DNA from: Nemertoderma westbladi
Taxonomy: Eukaryota; Animalia; Xenacoelomorpha
DNA: 53,844 nucleotides
Assembly: GCA_032718475.1 (NCBI GenBank)
Contig: JAUCBJ010003873.1
Coordinates: 1 to 53,844, forward strand
Reading direction: 5' to 3'
Made by a program: the position numbers and the translations under genes. How positions within the stretch are numbered: position 1 is the first letter of the stretch; each line of letters begins with the position of its first letter. Below, piece after piece: positions 13,658-26,657 of this stretch. The notes under the pieces are model-generated. The model was not told where the DNA came from, searched no databases, and saw only the letters and a program-made list of their open reading frames with translations.

Positions 13658-14451
13658 GATACTTATGCAGTATAATGTATCCCAGTAATCCCGAATATAT
13701 ATCAGTATATGTAGGATATAAATAAATTCCTAACAACCAAGAACTTAATAAAAAATACTTCCATACCCGAAATGTCATCAAGATGGTGCACAATACTGCT
13801 ATACCGGGACCTGTAGGCCTACAACTATTTATCAGTTTACCTGATTTCAGTCTATCAGTCTTGTTCTGTTCGGCTAGAATCGTTGAAACTTACAATACTA
13901 CAGTATAATATACATAATTATACATAACTTACAAACTAACAATACCTACTGTAGTGCTGGAGATAATAATTAATGAATTGCCGTAAAATCATGTAGTTCC
14001 GCCCCTCAACCTATTATCTGGTTCTGATTGTCTGATATACTGTACGGTACTGTGAAGTGAAGTGTGAACTGGTTTTCGTATTATTATTTTGTATTTTATA
14101 CAGTTGGACAGTGACCTGATTGCCCGGCAGTCCTGAAGTCTGCCTAGCGTTCTACATTACATTACAGACTACTGTATAGCTTGTGGGATGGGGTAGGCCA
14201 AGCCTTTTTTGTATTTGATTTGTTATTTTGTTTACTGGGTTAAGGTTCAGTTAGTTGCTGAGGAGTTACAGGGAAGTGGATACTGACCAACTACCGTATT
14301 GAAGCTTTATATTTTATTTATATTTTACTTGTGTATTATTGACCGGACCCTTATTACCTCAGCTATTTGTGACCGGACCCATAATCCTGTAACATGTCTT
14401 AACTTTCGTTTATTGTTTTGGTTACCACCAAAATTTATTGCTATTTTGGTT

Positions 14452-14825
14452 GCTTATTGTTGTTCGTTGTTGCTCATTGTTGCTCGTTGTTGTACTTTAT
14501 TATTGCTCGTCTGCTCGTTGTTGCTCATTTGTTGCTCATTGTTGCTCGTTGTTGCTCGTTGTTGCTCATTGTTGGTCATTGTTAGATTGTTGGTCATTGT
14601 TGTTCGTTGTTGTACTTTATTATTGCTCGTTGTTGCTCATTGTTGCTCGTTGTTGCTCATTGTTGTTCGTTGTTGCTCATTGTTACTCGTTGTTGTACTT
14701 AATTATTGCTCGTTGTTGCTCATTATTGCTCGTTGTTGCTCATTGATGCACGTTGTTGCTTGTTTTTGCACATTGTTGCTCGTTGTTACTCATTGTTGCT
14801 CGTTTTTGGTCATTGTTGCACGTTG
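14452..14825 (-). repeat. Inverted short arm of the same decamer satellite
   Basis: ttgctcattgttgctcgttgttgtactttattattgctc is the reverse complement of the left-arm units. Confidence 0.92.
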
Positions 14826-16723
14826 TGCATTTTAGCACCTACCAGGTAAGGTAGGCGCTAACCAATCCAGCCCCCCCCCCCCCGCCCCCCTCCTCTCTCC
14901 ACCAGAGTATGCACAAGGAACGCCATGTGATTGGAAAATTTTTTTAACCTGGGCAGCTACAGTGCCGCAAAATCTAAGCTAAAGTGCCGCTAAAGAACAG
15001 CTAAAAACCGGATAATTATCCCGCTAAAAACGCCGCGATCGCGGGTACCACTTTTACGGCGATTATCCGGATATTATCTTATAAAGATAGCGGGATATTA
15101 GAAGGATGGTACATCCCGCTATTAGCGTGCTAATCGCTGGATATGTATTTGGTTGCTGGGCATGAAGTCCCCCTGTGGTACAAAAACATAATGCTGTCAA
15201 TTAAATTAAATCATTATCCATTTACCCATGGGGATGGAAGAACCATGTCTGGCTTCAAAGGTCGATTATTATGATTAACATCAGATAACTATTTGATTTA
15301 TAACAATACTAATCCAGACACTAAAATCTCTAAACCTTACTTTACCATTCTGTCTGAATAACACCCAATATTTTAAAGCATTATTACTGTACTACAGTAC
15401 TAAACATGCCAATAATAGAAGGGCTGAAGGGTCCAATCCAAATTACTATTCAAAACTCTAACTTTGCTTGAAAACCACATCTTAAGAGTAAGATTAACTG
15501 TAATAACTGTCTAATAAATAACAATAACAAAATAATAAAGTAAATAAGTAACAAAATAATAAAGATGTGAAATAACTGTCTGACAGTCCAGAAATCTGCA
15601 GTCTGACAGTTTGAAGAAATGCATACATAAAAGGTCATTCGCGGGCAAACAATTTCATTATGCACAATTCGTAAAGAAAGGCGAACAAAAAGTCAAAAGA
15701 GCATAGCAGCATAGAGAACGCACATAAAAATTGTCTAATTTAATACTGTTATTGGCAACACGATTCAATATAATAATGGAGGGAAATTCAAATAACAATG
15801 GTTCAGGACGGGCAATACTGCAATAATACAAGGGTACTGCTCACTAGGCTGTACTGCTCCACTGCAGTACCCGGTACTCAGGTACTGTAACTGTAAGTCC
15901 TGTTAGTTCTCCTGTCTGCCTGTGTAGTCCAGTTGTAGTCCTGTAGCTGTAGTCTGGTAGTCTTTATGTAGTTCTGTAATTTCGGGATGCGTGCTTGTTG
16001 TTTTTAAGCCTACTACTCTGCTACTGTACTACCGGTACACTACTACACTGCGAAATCAAATATCCAACAGTCCAATATTATTAGAATGATGAATAAGAGT
16101 AGAGCGTACCGGTACAGTAGTTAGGCACAATACACAAACGCGAGCGAAGCGAGCGAAAATTTTTAGGCCTAACTCTTTTTAAAAATAGGCTATACTGGCA
16201 GTGGCAGACCGGTATAATTTCAAGTAGAGTGGCTGGATATGTTGCCATGTCAGTGCATTTTGCTACTGTACATGACATCCATTTCCGCGCCAGGATCCTC
16301 AATGCGCGCCACACGCCCCTGTTCCTTCGCGCCCGGATCCTAAATGCGCGCCACACATGTTGAGCAAACTCTACATAAATTCCAACCTGGCGCCGAGCGC
16401 GAGCGGTACGAGTCAGAGTTTTGCAGCATGAATTCCAACCCTGCTGCCTGCCACCTGCTGACCTGCCTGCCTGCAGCCTGGGCCTGACAGCCTGTGGAGT
16501 CTGGAGTCAGGTCAGGCAGTCAGGGTGTTTAGACCAGTAGCTGAGTATACCTGTATACGGGCCGTTCTGCCGTTATTGCTGTTTAATAACGTCAAAGTCT
16601 GAATGTTAACGTTGCGCTGTGCGCTATTGTTTTCTGGTTTTGCTCTTTCAGTCTTTGGCATTGGCAGATTGGCTTGGCAGGTACTTAATTGAACTTGAAC
16701 TCAACGCACAACGGCACTCTACC

Positions 16724-17159
16724 CAGTCAGGAACACTGGTCACAATATGTCCAATTTACAGCCAGAATGTGTCCGCGGAAAACGCACTCAGAGTGAAATT
16801 TCTCCATAGAAAACAACTGAACAATGCTAAATTTCATTTGAAAACCGGCAGTGAAATTTTAACATTGGCATTCTAAAAATTATGCCATTAGAATCGCCAT
16901 AAAATTCTGTAGGCCTATAAATTAATTTGAGAATTAGAATCTCATCGGTGGGATAACTATCATAATATTAAAAATAAAAATGTGCTCAGCTTCTGCTTTG
17001 AGTACTAGTGCTGTAGTGGAGTTACAGCCAAAATATGTCCGGAAATATAATCGCAGCCTGTGAAGGACAAATAGTGGCTGCACGGACACTTTCTGGCTGT
17101 AAATATGTGGATAATTTTTGGCTGAGCTTCAGCCAGAAAGTGACCAGTGTTCCTAACTG
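16724..17159. mobile_element. MITE, copy 2 (same family as 7929-8342)
   Basis: Same TIRs; TSD CTACC at 16719-16723 and 17160-17164. Confidence 0.9.
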
Positions 17160-17578
17160 CTACCGGTAGCTACAATTTCTAAATTTGGTGAATTTAGGCC
17201 TATCTGTGCTGATTGCTGATTTAGGCTACTGGGCTAGGCTAATTTAGGTAGGCCTAGTCCAGTAGTCAGTAGTCCTGGGTCAGTATCTGGGCAGCTGGGC
17301 TAGGCTGCTAGGCTTAGGCCTATACAGTCTGACAGTTATAGCAGTATTGGCTAACTTCAGTACCGGTACTTAGGCCTATTCCAGTTTCCAGTATTCTGAT
17401 ATTCTGTATTCAGTGATTGTATGGTATTTCAGTCAGCCTGTCAGTCAACAGGTCAGTCTTTCAGTATTTCTGTATTTAGCTCTGTACCTCGGTACCGGTA
17501 TCTGGCAATCAGGGTATGGAATTTATAAGTCAGTCTGTACGTCAGACAGTACCTAGCTGGGCTAGCTGCTGAGCTGTG

Positions 17579-18836
17579 TGTACGCGCTTTTGAAGACCTT
17601 TAGCAGTTTAACCTGCCAAAATTTATATGTCTTTTGGTTTATAAATAGACTTTAGAAGATGACAAATATTTAATACCAATAAACACAACATTAGCAGAAG
17701 CCAGCCTAGTGCGCGTCCATTCACCCGCTGGATATACCCGGGAGACTGGATTCTGAGGGCTTAGATTATTATTGCAGTGTAAGCTTACTGTATTGTATTA
17801 TTCGATTGATCGTTAATAAATTTCTGACTAATATTATTTACTTTCGGGAAATATTAACAGTTCCTTTAGGACGTGGCGCTCTATCTAGGTAAACAGAGAT
17901 ATGACTTATACTAATCACAACGGCAAGTCGGTAAGGCTTATGATTCACGTATGAGGCGCATTCTTTAGGAAATGCTTAGTTATCAGTCACAATCATGCAC
18001 ACTACCGGTAACACACAATACTGCTCACTAATTTGCCGACCGTCAATGAATTTTATCATATATAAAGAGAACAGCAACGAATCATGTAGTGCTTACCAAA
18101 TAGCATTAAGTTCACTACAAACCACAACAATATAAGTCGCAATCGCTATATATAACCCGTCTCTCTAACCTGTAGTGTATCAAGAAAATTGGGAAATTTG
18201 GGTTCTTTATATATGTTCTCCAAATAATATTCGACCAACTAATACAAAATATGACAACAGTAAAAGCATTAAGACGGTAGGTTAAGATATGATATGAATG
18301 ATATGTTATGACAAGATATGCACTGATAACAGTTATACGCTCTATAATTTAAGCCTACTAATGTTTCTTCTAAAGTATGAAACGAATTGACTCTAGAGCC
18401 GGTGTTCCTGGCCTAGATAGCAACAACACAACAGTATCACCAAAAAACAGTAAGACTGAACACTCCCAGGATGATCGGCCGAATACCTCCACATCGACAG
18501 AAAAAATCGCTCTGATTGGCTTAAGCCAAACAAAGAACCATGTGTCCAATGGCTGTTCCCATGTCAGCAACCAGCTGTTAGATGTCGTAATATGAATCAT
18601 CAAGGCTAAGCTGTGTAAAGGTATTTGGTGCATTGCCGGTTTTTTGCCTTACCATGTCCGCCAAAACACGTATATAGAAGAATGACTTTTATGTCCGTTA
18701 AAACACCTATAACGGTACCTTGCGGGCAAGGGGAATATATATATAGTTAGAGAGCCTTTTAGAGTATTCCAGCGCCTGGGGGGAAACTGGATTGCGAAGC
18801 AAAAGGGGCCAGTTATATCCCACATAAGCTTTTACA
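17579..18836 (-). repeat. 3' LTR of element A (1258 bp)
   Basis: Direct repeat of 28883-30141; by eye 2 substitutions and one A-run indel. Confidence 0.96.
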
Positions 18837-18844
18837 CCGCTCCC
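18837..18844 (-). other. Short polypurine tract (GGGAGCGG) abutting the 3' LTR
   Basis: Minus strand reads ..ttttctGGGAGCGG then TGTAAAAGC (LTR start). Confidence 0.6.
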
Positions 18845-18914
18845 AGAAAATGGGATTTAAGTCTATAAAATATACAAAATCACAGTTTCTAATATACGTA
18901 AATACTCTAAACAG

Positions 18915-20366
18915 TTAGTCTTTCTTGCGCGGACGGCGTTTACGCAGTTTTTTAAAGCTAGCCAGAGTCCTTTTCTCTTTGGGGCGAGCCACTTTACAAG
19001 GAGGGCTATAACTCCTGGGTGAAGGGTGCAATATGATTGCATCAGAGGGTGTAGGATTATGGTCGGTGTATCCGCCAGTCGAAGTACCGGGTTGATTGAC
19101 ATCAACGTCCGGGGAGAGGGGTCTAATGGCTTTGAGAGCTCGTTTCAAGACAGCCGCTCTTACGGGTCCTTTACGAGTGGTCTGAACGAGGGCCGTGGGT
19201 GGACCATAGGCAGTTAGAAACCTCCGGGGTTTTATGGTTCTTTCCAACTCGCGTTCGCGGGCTCGGTATTCGTAAGGCCGTCGATATACTTCCTGTAACT
19301 CGGGGTGTGAGTTAACAAACAAGTCTCCATAGTCCGGATCCTGACGGATATAATTGATTAAGTTATAGGAATGAAGGTCGCTAGGATTAACACTCCTGAG
19401 AAATTTGCGTACGAATTTGGTTGAAATACATTCTCCGACGCGCTTCAGTAGCTCGTAACTTGATATGCGTGATTTCTGTTCAACCGAAGCGAATAGATAA
19501 GGATGGAACGCATAAACTCCTTCGTAAGCGCGTCCGGGATAATAGCGATGGCGCGAATCACAATGTAAATCAGCGTTCGCTTCACAAGCTCTGATGTAAC
19601 GTAGTGTGATCATTTCATCTACGCTTTCCAAATCATGATTAAAAGGGCAATCGAAACTGGCGTGTCCCTTTAGTTGACAATGGTGACATTGCGTCATAAA
19701 TTGAGGGCAAACCGCAAAAATATGCAAGTTATTGAGTCTGCAATATGCGCAATAAATTTCCATCGCCGGTTGTTCGTGGAAATAGGAACAGCGGACGACG
19801 TTTGTGTCCATGGGCGTAACATGGTCTCTCGATGCGCATAACCGACAACGTTGCCGAGAAACATAGTTGGCATGGCGATAATTGTACGCAGTGAGACACT
19901 GTGGACCTTGATACCATTCTAGGATGTAATCGTTGTCGCTGTTCCGGGCGCGATAGGCTGAATCTCCTCAGATTCTAGGCATATTGGTTCGTCTTCCCAG
20001 TCTGTTACGAATAGAATTTTCGTGATCTATTCTCGGTTTATCGTTACGACTCCGCTGGGTATGATATTTAAATAGAACCATTTCCCTTTCGGTGTCTACA
20101 TCGTCCGTATCATGTAAATCGATAGGATGGCCGGTAGTTAGGAAGTCCATATACGCACTATTACGATGCGTATAGCGAGCGGTGAATTTTCGATAGTCCA
20201 ATTCACGCGTAAGTTGCTCTTGGGACATCGGCGGTTCGATATAACGACCATCGTCCTCCGTAATGGTTGGATCGGTTTCACCGCGTATCAAGCTATCCAC
20301 AAATGCTTGTAAAGGTAGAGTATATCGCTCCCTGATACCAAGATCATCTTCTATCAACTCCGTCAT
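18915..20366 (-). pseudogene. Accessory ORF3 of element A: about 483 codons, zinc knuckles and a basic tail, one in-frame TGA at 19968-19970
   Basis: The 132-aa and 298-aa ORFs share a frame (starts 555 nt apart) and the linker is open (GDSAYRARNSDNDYILEWYQGPQCLTAYNYRHANYVSRQRCRLCASRDHVTP); motifs CAYCRLNNLHIFAVC and CHHCQLKGHASFDC; tail KKLRKRRPRKKD. Confidence 0.75.
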
Positions 20367-21190
20367 ATCTGCTATCTGAGTTTATTAATATCGAAATGAG
20401 TTTATGTTTAGGCGAGCCGACGTCACTGCCTACCTCTCTTTGCCCCCGGACAGTGGGATTCTCAGCGCCGATGTACCGTCGTCGAGGTGTTTACGCCAAC
20501 ATGTAGCAACAGCACGACAACGATAACCGGCACAAGTCACTCCACTGTCCGTCCCAAAGGCTTGAATCCACTTTAGGTTCTTTCTATAGGAGAGTTGGGC
20601 TACTTTCACAATTGCGACTAGCTACTGTAAACATACTTTAGCAGTAACATTCACCTATAAACGCACAAATTCCACACAACTGTCACCAATTGTACACATA
20701 CAGGCCATTTGTCCGTTAGTCAGTGCCTTCCAGAATGTCACGTTATTACTGTGTATCCTTGGATACTAACAGTGTGCTATGTATTCTCTATGCTATGCAA
20801 TGGGACAAGCTTTCTGTTGTTCTTTTAACTTGCTTCTAATTCTAGCGTGGGTGTTGCTATGGTGACATTATGGAAAGCTAGCGGTAGAATTAGGGTAATT
20901 CTCATGCATACAGATCTGGGATGCTATTTAATAATAATTCTTTAATTGTCAATATCCTCTTTATGCATGATTTTATTAATTTTATCGGCTATTGACTATT
21001 ATTTATGTTGGAGATTCTCGCACTCTAATACACTCAATAGGATGAATCTCCGCTCCCATGATCTATTAATTAATGGAATTTTGGGAATGTTATAAATTGC
21101 ACAAAATGACAATTTATAAAATTCATTTAAAATATGAATTTAAATTTATTCCCGTGAATTTTATTATTTGATGTTAAAATTGACACAATT

Positions 21191-21452
21191 TTTATTCCAG
21201 AGCATGTCTGGGGACTGAGGATCCTTAATTCTATAAAATTGCCTTTTAAGAGTATCGGTAAGTGCTGCGATATCTTAATTGACTAGAAATGTTAAAGGAT
21301 CTGAATTTTACAGATTTTAATAAATATTAAATTAATATTTAAGATGGACACCGATTTATTCCAGAACTTGTCTGGGGACGTTAACCACTGATTCTAGAAT
21401 TTGTCTTTCAAGTATATCGGTGGGTGCCGCGATATCTTAATCGACTAGAATT
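21191..21452. repeat. Diverged about 100-bp duplication (period 164) between the pol remnant and ORF3
   Basis: tttattccaga..tgtctggggac...gcgatatcttaat.gactagaa at 21191-21290 and 21355-21452. Confidence 0.75.
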
Positions 21453-22002
21453 ACAGATGGTCAAAAGGTTTAACATATTTATTTGCGTTTTACGCTACTG
21501 TTAGAGGGACATCACGCTACTATATGTATTATTTAATATAAGGTAGAAGAGCAATATCGCACGAAGCAATGTCAGTGTGAAGAGGCAAGTCGTTTCCAAG
21601 GTCTACCCAGAGCTTGGTTTAGCCGAGACACGAGGATCTGAACTTTGCATTCCTAATACTCTGCCTACCAATAATACTTGAATATAGTAGTGGCTTTATT
21701 GTACTTTAATAAGTACGGACATTTCATCTTACTGTAGTCACGTATTTATAATATGATACGGACAGTAAGGAAAGAGAAAAAATAATTATTTCTCGCCGTC
21801 GCACTAAATATATATTATAAGTAATTACGTACGTAATAAACACTAATATATTGCACTAATCTACTAAATAATCACTAAAATAACATTCTACTAAATAAAA
21901 TTAAAGGAAACGATTATAATAAAATTACATAATAATACATACATAAATATAAAATAAAAACAAATATAAAATGATATAGTCACACGCCCACTCCATATGT
22001 TA

Positions 22003-25000
22003 TTACGTTATGGAGTCCCTAGATATTTGTCGGATTAGGGAAGTGGTCGTAGGAAGAGTATCTTGCCTTCCATAGTTTCCGGACAGTTTTCGGTCTCTTT
22101 CCAGTAAACATAAACGACTAGCTGGGCGATTGAGTTGTTGTGTTACTTTCTCCGCTCCCTTGGCCTGTCTAATCTTCACCGGGTTAAGATGAGGAGGCCA
22201 TTCTTCTTCTTCTTTACTTAAGAAGTCGGATCCACCTAACCAGCCTGGAGTATCTATCAGTTCTTGAGGAGTTGCTCCTCTGGAAGCGATGTCGGCTGGA
22301 TTAATCGTCCCAAGGCAATGTCTCCATTGATCTACATTGGAGTTAATATCGTCATTATCTGAGGAGTATGGTGTTTCCTCAGTTGGATCGTCCACATCAC
22401 TGCTCTCCACTTCCCATTCCTTTACTTGGTATACCTGTTGTTGAGGTAATCTCTCTTTGAGAGTTCTACGGGAAGGGCCAGTGAAGTACCAACCTACTCT
22501 AGTTCTTACCGCATAGGTTTGTAGTGGCTGCGGTTGAGCAGGCCGTTTCTCCAATGTCTCGAGCGCCTCATGCGCGTTTTGGCCGATGAGTATTTGCACT
22601 CCAGGATAATCTGTCTGGAATCGAGGTATCTTAAGATGTTGGATGCTCTCATCCTCGTCCCAATTATAAAGGTCTGCTTGGGTAGTAGCGAAGTTCTTTA
22701 TAGCCACCATTTTTACCGACCTTATACCTTGTGCTCCTAATTTATCCTGGGGGGTGGACAACACACCTACATAGTAATCTGCCGTTAGGGTAGATTTCCA
22801 AACCTGCATAATTCCTGACATATTCAATTTAGTCCGGAATTTGGGTTGTCCAGCAAAGATATCTTCGGCTAGTTCTTGATCGATGAATGATTCCTGTGCT
22901 GCCGGAGTCAAGGAGGGCGTTCTCTGATCGGTAACTTTTGTTAGGACCATGAACTCTTACCTGCACTACAGGAAATTCTCTGATTCCTACGTTGGAAGTT
23001 GGAGCTTTCCAAGATGGTTGTCTGGCAAAAGTAGTTGGGGGGAACTCATTGTCGGTGTCCTTTTCATAAGTAAGTGCTCGATACACTGAGGTATTTATTA
23101 GGTAACAGGATTCGTTGGCGTCGGAGAATTCGTCAGTATAGAATCCTTCCATCTCAGACTCTTGATCAGTGTCATTTACATCACTGAATTGGACATGTAG
23201 TTCGGGCTCACTTACCTGACTCGGGTTGTCTCGTTCGAACTCACTGTGTAACAAGATGTGATGTTTCGCGCCACACTTTGCACACTTTACGTCGGAGTAA
23301 CAGGTTCGCCGTTGGTGTCCTGATCTGAGGCAATTATAGCATAACCGCTTATTCCACAGGACTGTACGTCTGTCTACAAGGGATTTCTTTAGAAATTCAG
23401 CACACGCACTCAAACGGTGGGGCCCGTCGCACAGTGTACATTTTGGTTTGATGTTACTCACTTTACCTTGGGTAACTTGATGCACTCTCGTTCTTTCTTC
23501 GGGCTTTCTTCCGTGAATTCTCTTAGGAGACGTAGGAGGAGTTGTTGTTACCTGTTCTCTCCTGTCACTGGTTCGAGACTTGTATTTACTTACGTCTTTA
23601 TAGGTCTTGTTGTCATAGTAAGATTTTGCTGTGTCTTTCCCGCTGTCCTCTTCTTGAAAAGCTTGGCTTTCGCCGTCGTCAGTATAACACACCGGTATTA
23701 TCCTTCTCCTAGAAACGGGTTTCTCACTTACCTTATTTTCCGATGTTTTCTCTCTGGACTGCTTTATGAGTTGTAATTTTACTTCACTATCTAAGAAGGA
23801 CATGAGATCAGCCATGGTAGGGCTTCGTCGTTGCTGTTCATTCATATACAACACTTTCTTGTCCCAGCGTGTACATACTCCACCCTTTGGTAAAGTAGAG
23901 ACTACGGCTCCAATAACCATGGAACTCTGATATTCATGAGACTTACCTAACCAGTCCAATTGTCTACAGATTTCCTGAATCTCATCGGAAAACTCTATAA
24001 TACCGCTACTAAGGAAGTTTCGGGGGGCTACTAATTTTGCATACAAATACTTAGCTATGTTATCCTTGTTACCATACCTGATGTTTAATGTATCCCAAAC
24101 TTGTCTTAATCCTTCTGGATGTCCAATAAACTTTAACGCCATTAACTTGGGAGGTCCTTCCAAGCACTTGATGAGGAACCTAAGTTTCTCTCCGTTAGAT
24201 AGTACAGAGTTCTGTATGCTATCTTTGTAATATTCATTGAAAGGTAACCATTTCATCTCATCTCCATTGAATTTAACGATCTCTCCCACTTTGACCGCTT
24301 GGCAGGCTTCTGTTCTAGCCATCTGACGCGTAAAGCTTTCTTGGGCCATCGTGTTATTTAATATCGAATTATCGGTATATAAATTTCTCGGATCATTGTC
24401 AGGTCTATAGGGAATATCATTAATAACAGGTCTATAATCACCCTTAATAGGGTTTGCTATAGGAGTTTCTACTTCACTAGCAGTATAGATGCGTGTAGGC
24501 ATGTAGGCTCCACACCTTCCGCATGTAATACTTCAGACCTAACAGGTTGACACAATGTTACAGGGGGTATTGGTATGCCTTTTTGTATATTGACTAATTT
24601 GTCGCGTTCCAGTGCGATACTTTGCTGCACTTCTTGCAATTCTGCCCTACCTTCCCTTACTGTTCCCTTAAGCTGGTGGACAGTCTCCTGCATCTGTCCG
24701 AGCAGGAGGTTCATCCCCCGCCGTCCCTCCTCTACCCACTCGACCGCCGAAGCGGGAGTCGCCAACATTGTAGCGGGCCGACGCTGGACGACGGGAGACA
24801 AATCTTTGATTTCTCTCTCTGCTATCAGGACAGGGATATTCTCCTGGACTGTTCTATCGGGTACAGGCAGTGTAGTACTATGTAAAGGGAATTTAGAGTT
24901 AAGCTCTGGAAGTACAGGGGTCTCTAACACAGAAGTGACTTTGGGAACGACAGGCCTAATTATTTCAGGCTCATCAACTATTGTAGGGAGTCTTTTGACC

Positions 25001-26657
25001 TGAATAGTTTGGTCTGTGGGTTCCGTACTACCTAAGTCTGTGCTAGCTAGCTGTCTTCTAACAGCTGGGGGCAAATCAGGCAATTTGTGACGGTGAGATG
25101 TTTTTCTACGCCTGCTTAGACGAGATCTATTTCCTCCGCCTTCAGGATCGGTGGTTTCGCTTTCTTCCGATGATGTGTATCCCTGGCGTTTGGGAGTAGA
25201 TTTTCTCATCATCTGCATGTGACTAGCAGTTAACTGTTTATTTATGTTGTCTTGCGTCTCTTGCAGATTTTCCAACTCCAGTTGGGTAGTCTCCTCAGAC
25301 GCTCTCCGTTCTGCTTCTGCCACTGCCTTTGCTGCCTTTCTTTCCACTTCTGCTTCTGCCATTGCCGCTGCTACTGCTGCTGTCTTTCTTTCCACTTCTG
25401 CTTCTGCCATTGCCGCTGCCGCTGCTGCTGCCTTTCGGTCCACTTCTGCTTCTGCCATTACCGCTGCTACTGCTGCCGCCTTTCGTTCCTCAATCCGTCT
25501 TTTCTTTACTTGTTCTTCTTGGACTCTAGTGAGGCGGAGTTTTTCATCAAATTCAGCTTGGTTAGCAGCTAACATTTCAGCATCGATTGAGTCTAACACA
25601 CGCTGGGTTCCTTCACTATTAGGGGAAAGTCCAGACAGCCGTCTCCTCAACTCTTCGTCTCCTAGGAATCGCGATAGTCAGACAGATAAATGTCTATGGC
25701 GTCTCTCGTTCGTGGTCTCTCTGCGGTCTCTTCGCCTTCCACTCGAGAAAGGGTGGCATCGGTTGGTTCTTCATAGGTTAGTCTCTCAGACAGCTGGGAT
25801 TTCCACTGGTCCGTTTCTTGTACTTTGAGACCTACCCGCTGGAACCAAGTTTTGACAGCAACCTGCAGCGACGTGTCCTGTCTTCTTTTGGAAGTTTCCT
25901 CAAAAGCTGATAGGATTAGTCGAATGCGTAGGGTTCTTTCGCGTACTTGGTATAGCAGTTCTTCCTGCTCTTGAGGTCCTTGGGGTTGTCGAAACAGTTG
26001 TTCTTCTAATCGCTCTAAGGTGCTGAAGAATCCCTGCACATATCCTGCTGCCGACCTCTTCCAAACAGCTGGATCCATCGTATCTTTAGCCACTCCCATC
26101 CTGTGTATATCTTCCCAAGTAGCCTCGGACAGATCTAACGGGAGTCCGGGTCCGGGAAAGTTCCATTGTGACTCGACAATAGACCTCAATTCTTCCCTGG
26201 CGTATCCCGCATAATTATCTTGGGTCGCTCGCTTATTTCTCGCCCAATCGGCTTGATGTTCCTCCACCGCAATCAATATAGTAGTTAGCACTGCGGCAGG
26301 AAGGGTGAGAAGGGGGTCCGAGTAGGCTTTAGCCGCCATCTGCAATCCGCGTTCGGGGGTCAGCTCGACAGTATCCGAATTACTGGAGCTATCGGATCGC
26401 TGGGAACAAGTTTCTTGACTAGGCTGTTGCTGCTGTGGGACAGCTGGTTCCTGGTTCCGTTTGACTTGGGCCCGAGTGCCGATGATAGACCTACGGTGTT
26501 GGATTAGCTTAGGGTCTGATACTTCTACTGGAGGGATGACCTTTCTTTCAGTAGGAGGTGAGCTGAACTCCTTTCTTAATCGCTCCATACTCCTATCTGT
26601 GTCACAGATGGTTGTATCGATTAGACTGTCTGATAGGTTTTGCTGGGTGTCAGACAT
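22003..26657 (-). pseudogene. Element A gag-protease-(deleted pol) polyprotein, broken by three frameshifts
   Basis: ORFs of 331, 393, 557 and 315 aa are colinear with element B; IVKFNGDEMKWLPF..LSNGEKLRFL (DUF1759-like), CTLCDGPHRLSAC, CYNCLRSGHQRRTC, CAKCGAKHHILLH, ALLDSGS; frameshifts near 25670, 24500 and 22900-22930. Confidence 0.9.

Larger units (their letters stand above)
11138..14843. mobile_element. Foldback-like element whose arms are inverted satellite arrays
   Basis: Left end ggtaggtgctaaaatgcacaacg (11138-11160) is the reverse complement of the right end cgttgtgcattttagcacctacc (14821-14843); both arms are built of the same 10-bp unit in opposite orientation. Confidence 0.75.

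Noticed and set aside
11063-14835. Many overlapping Cys/Leu/Val-rich ORFs
   Set aside because: Translations of the decamer satellite in all three frames; no coding signal
18915-20366. ORF3 as an env gene or as a selenoprotein or readthrough TGA
   Set aside because: No signal peptide or TM segment; no SECIS or readthrough context recognised; a CGA>TGA change also occurs in element B
22829-25700. Programmed ribosomal frameshifts in element A
   Set aside because: Element B reads through the same positions in frame, so these are lesions or sequencing errors
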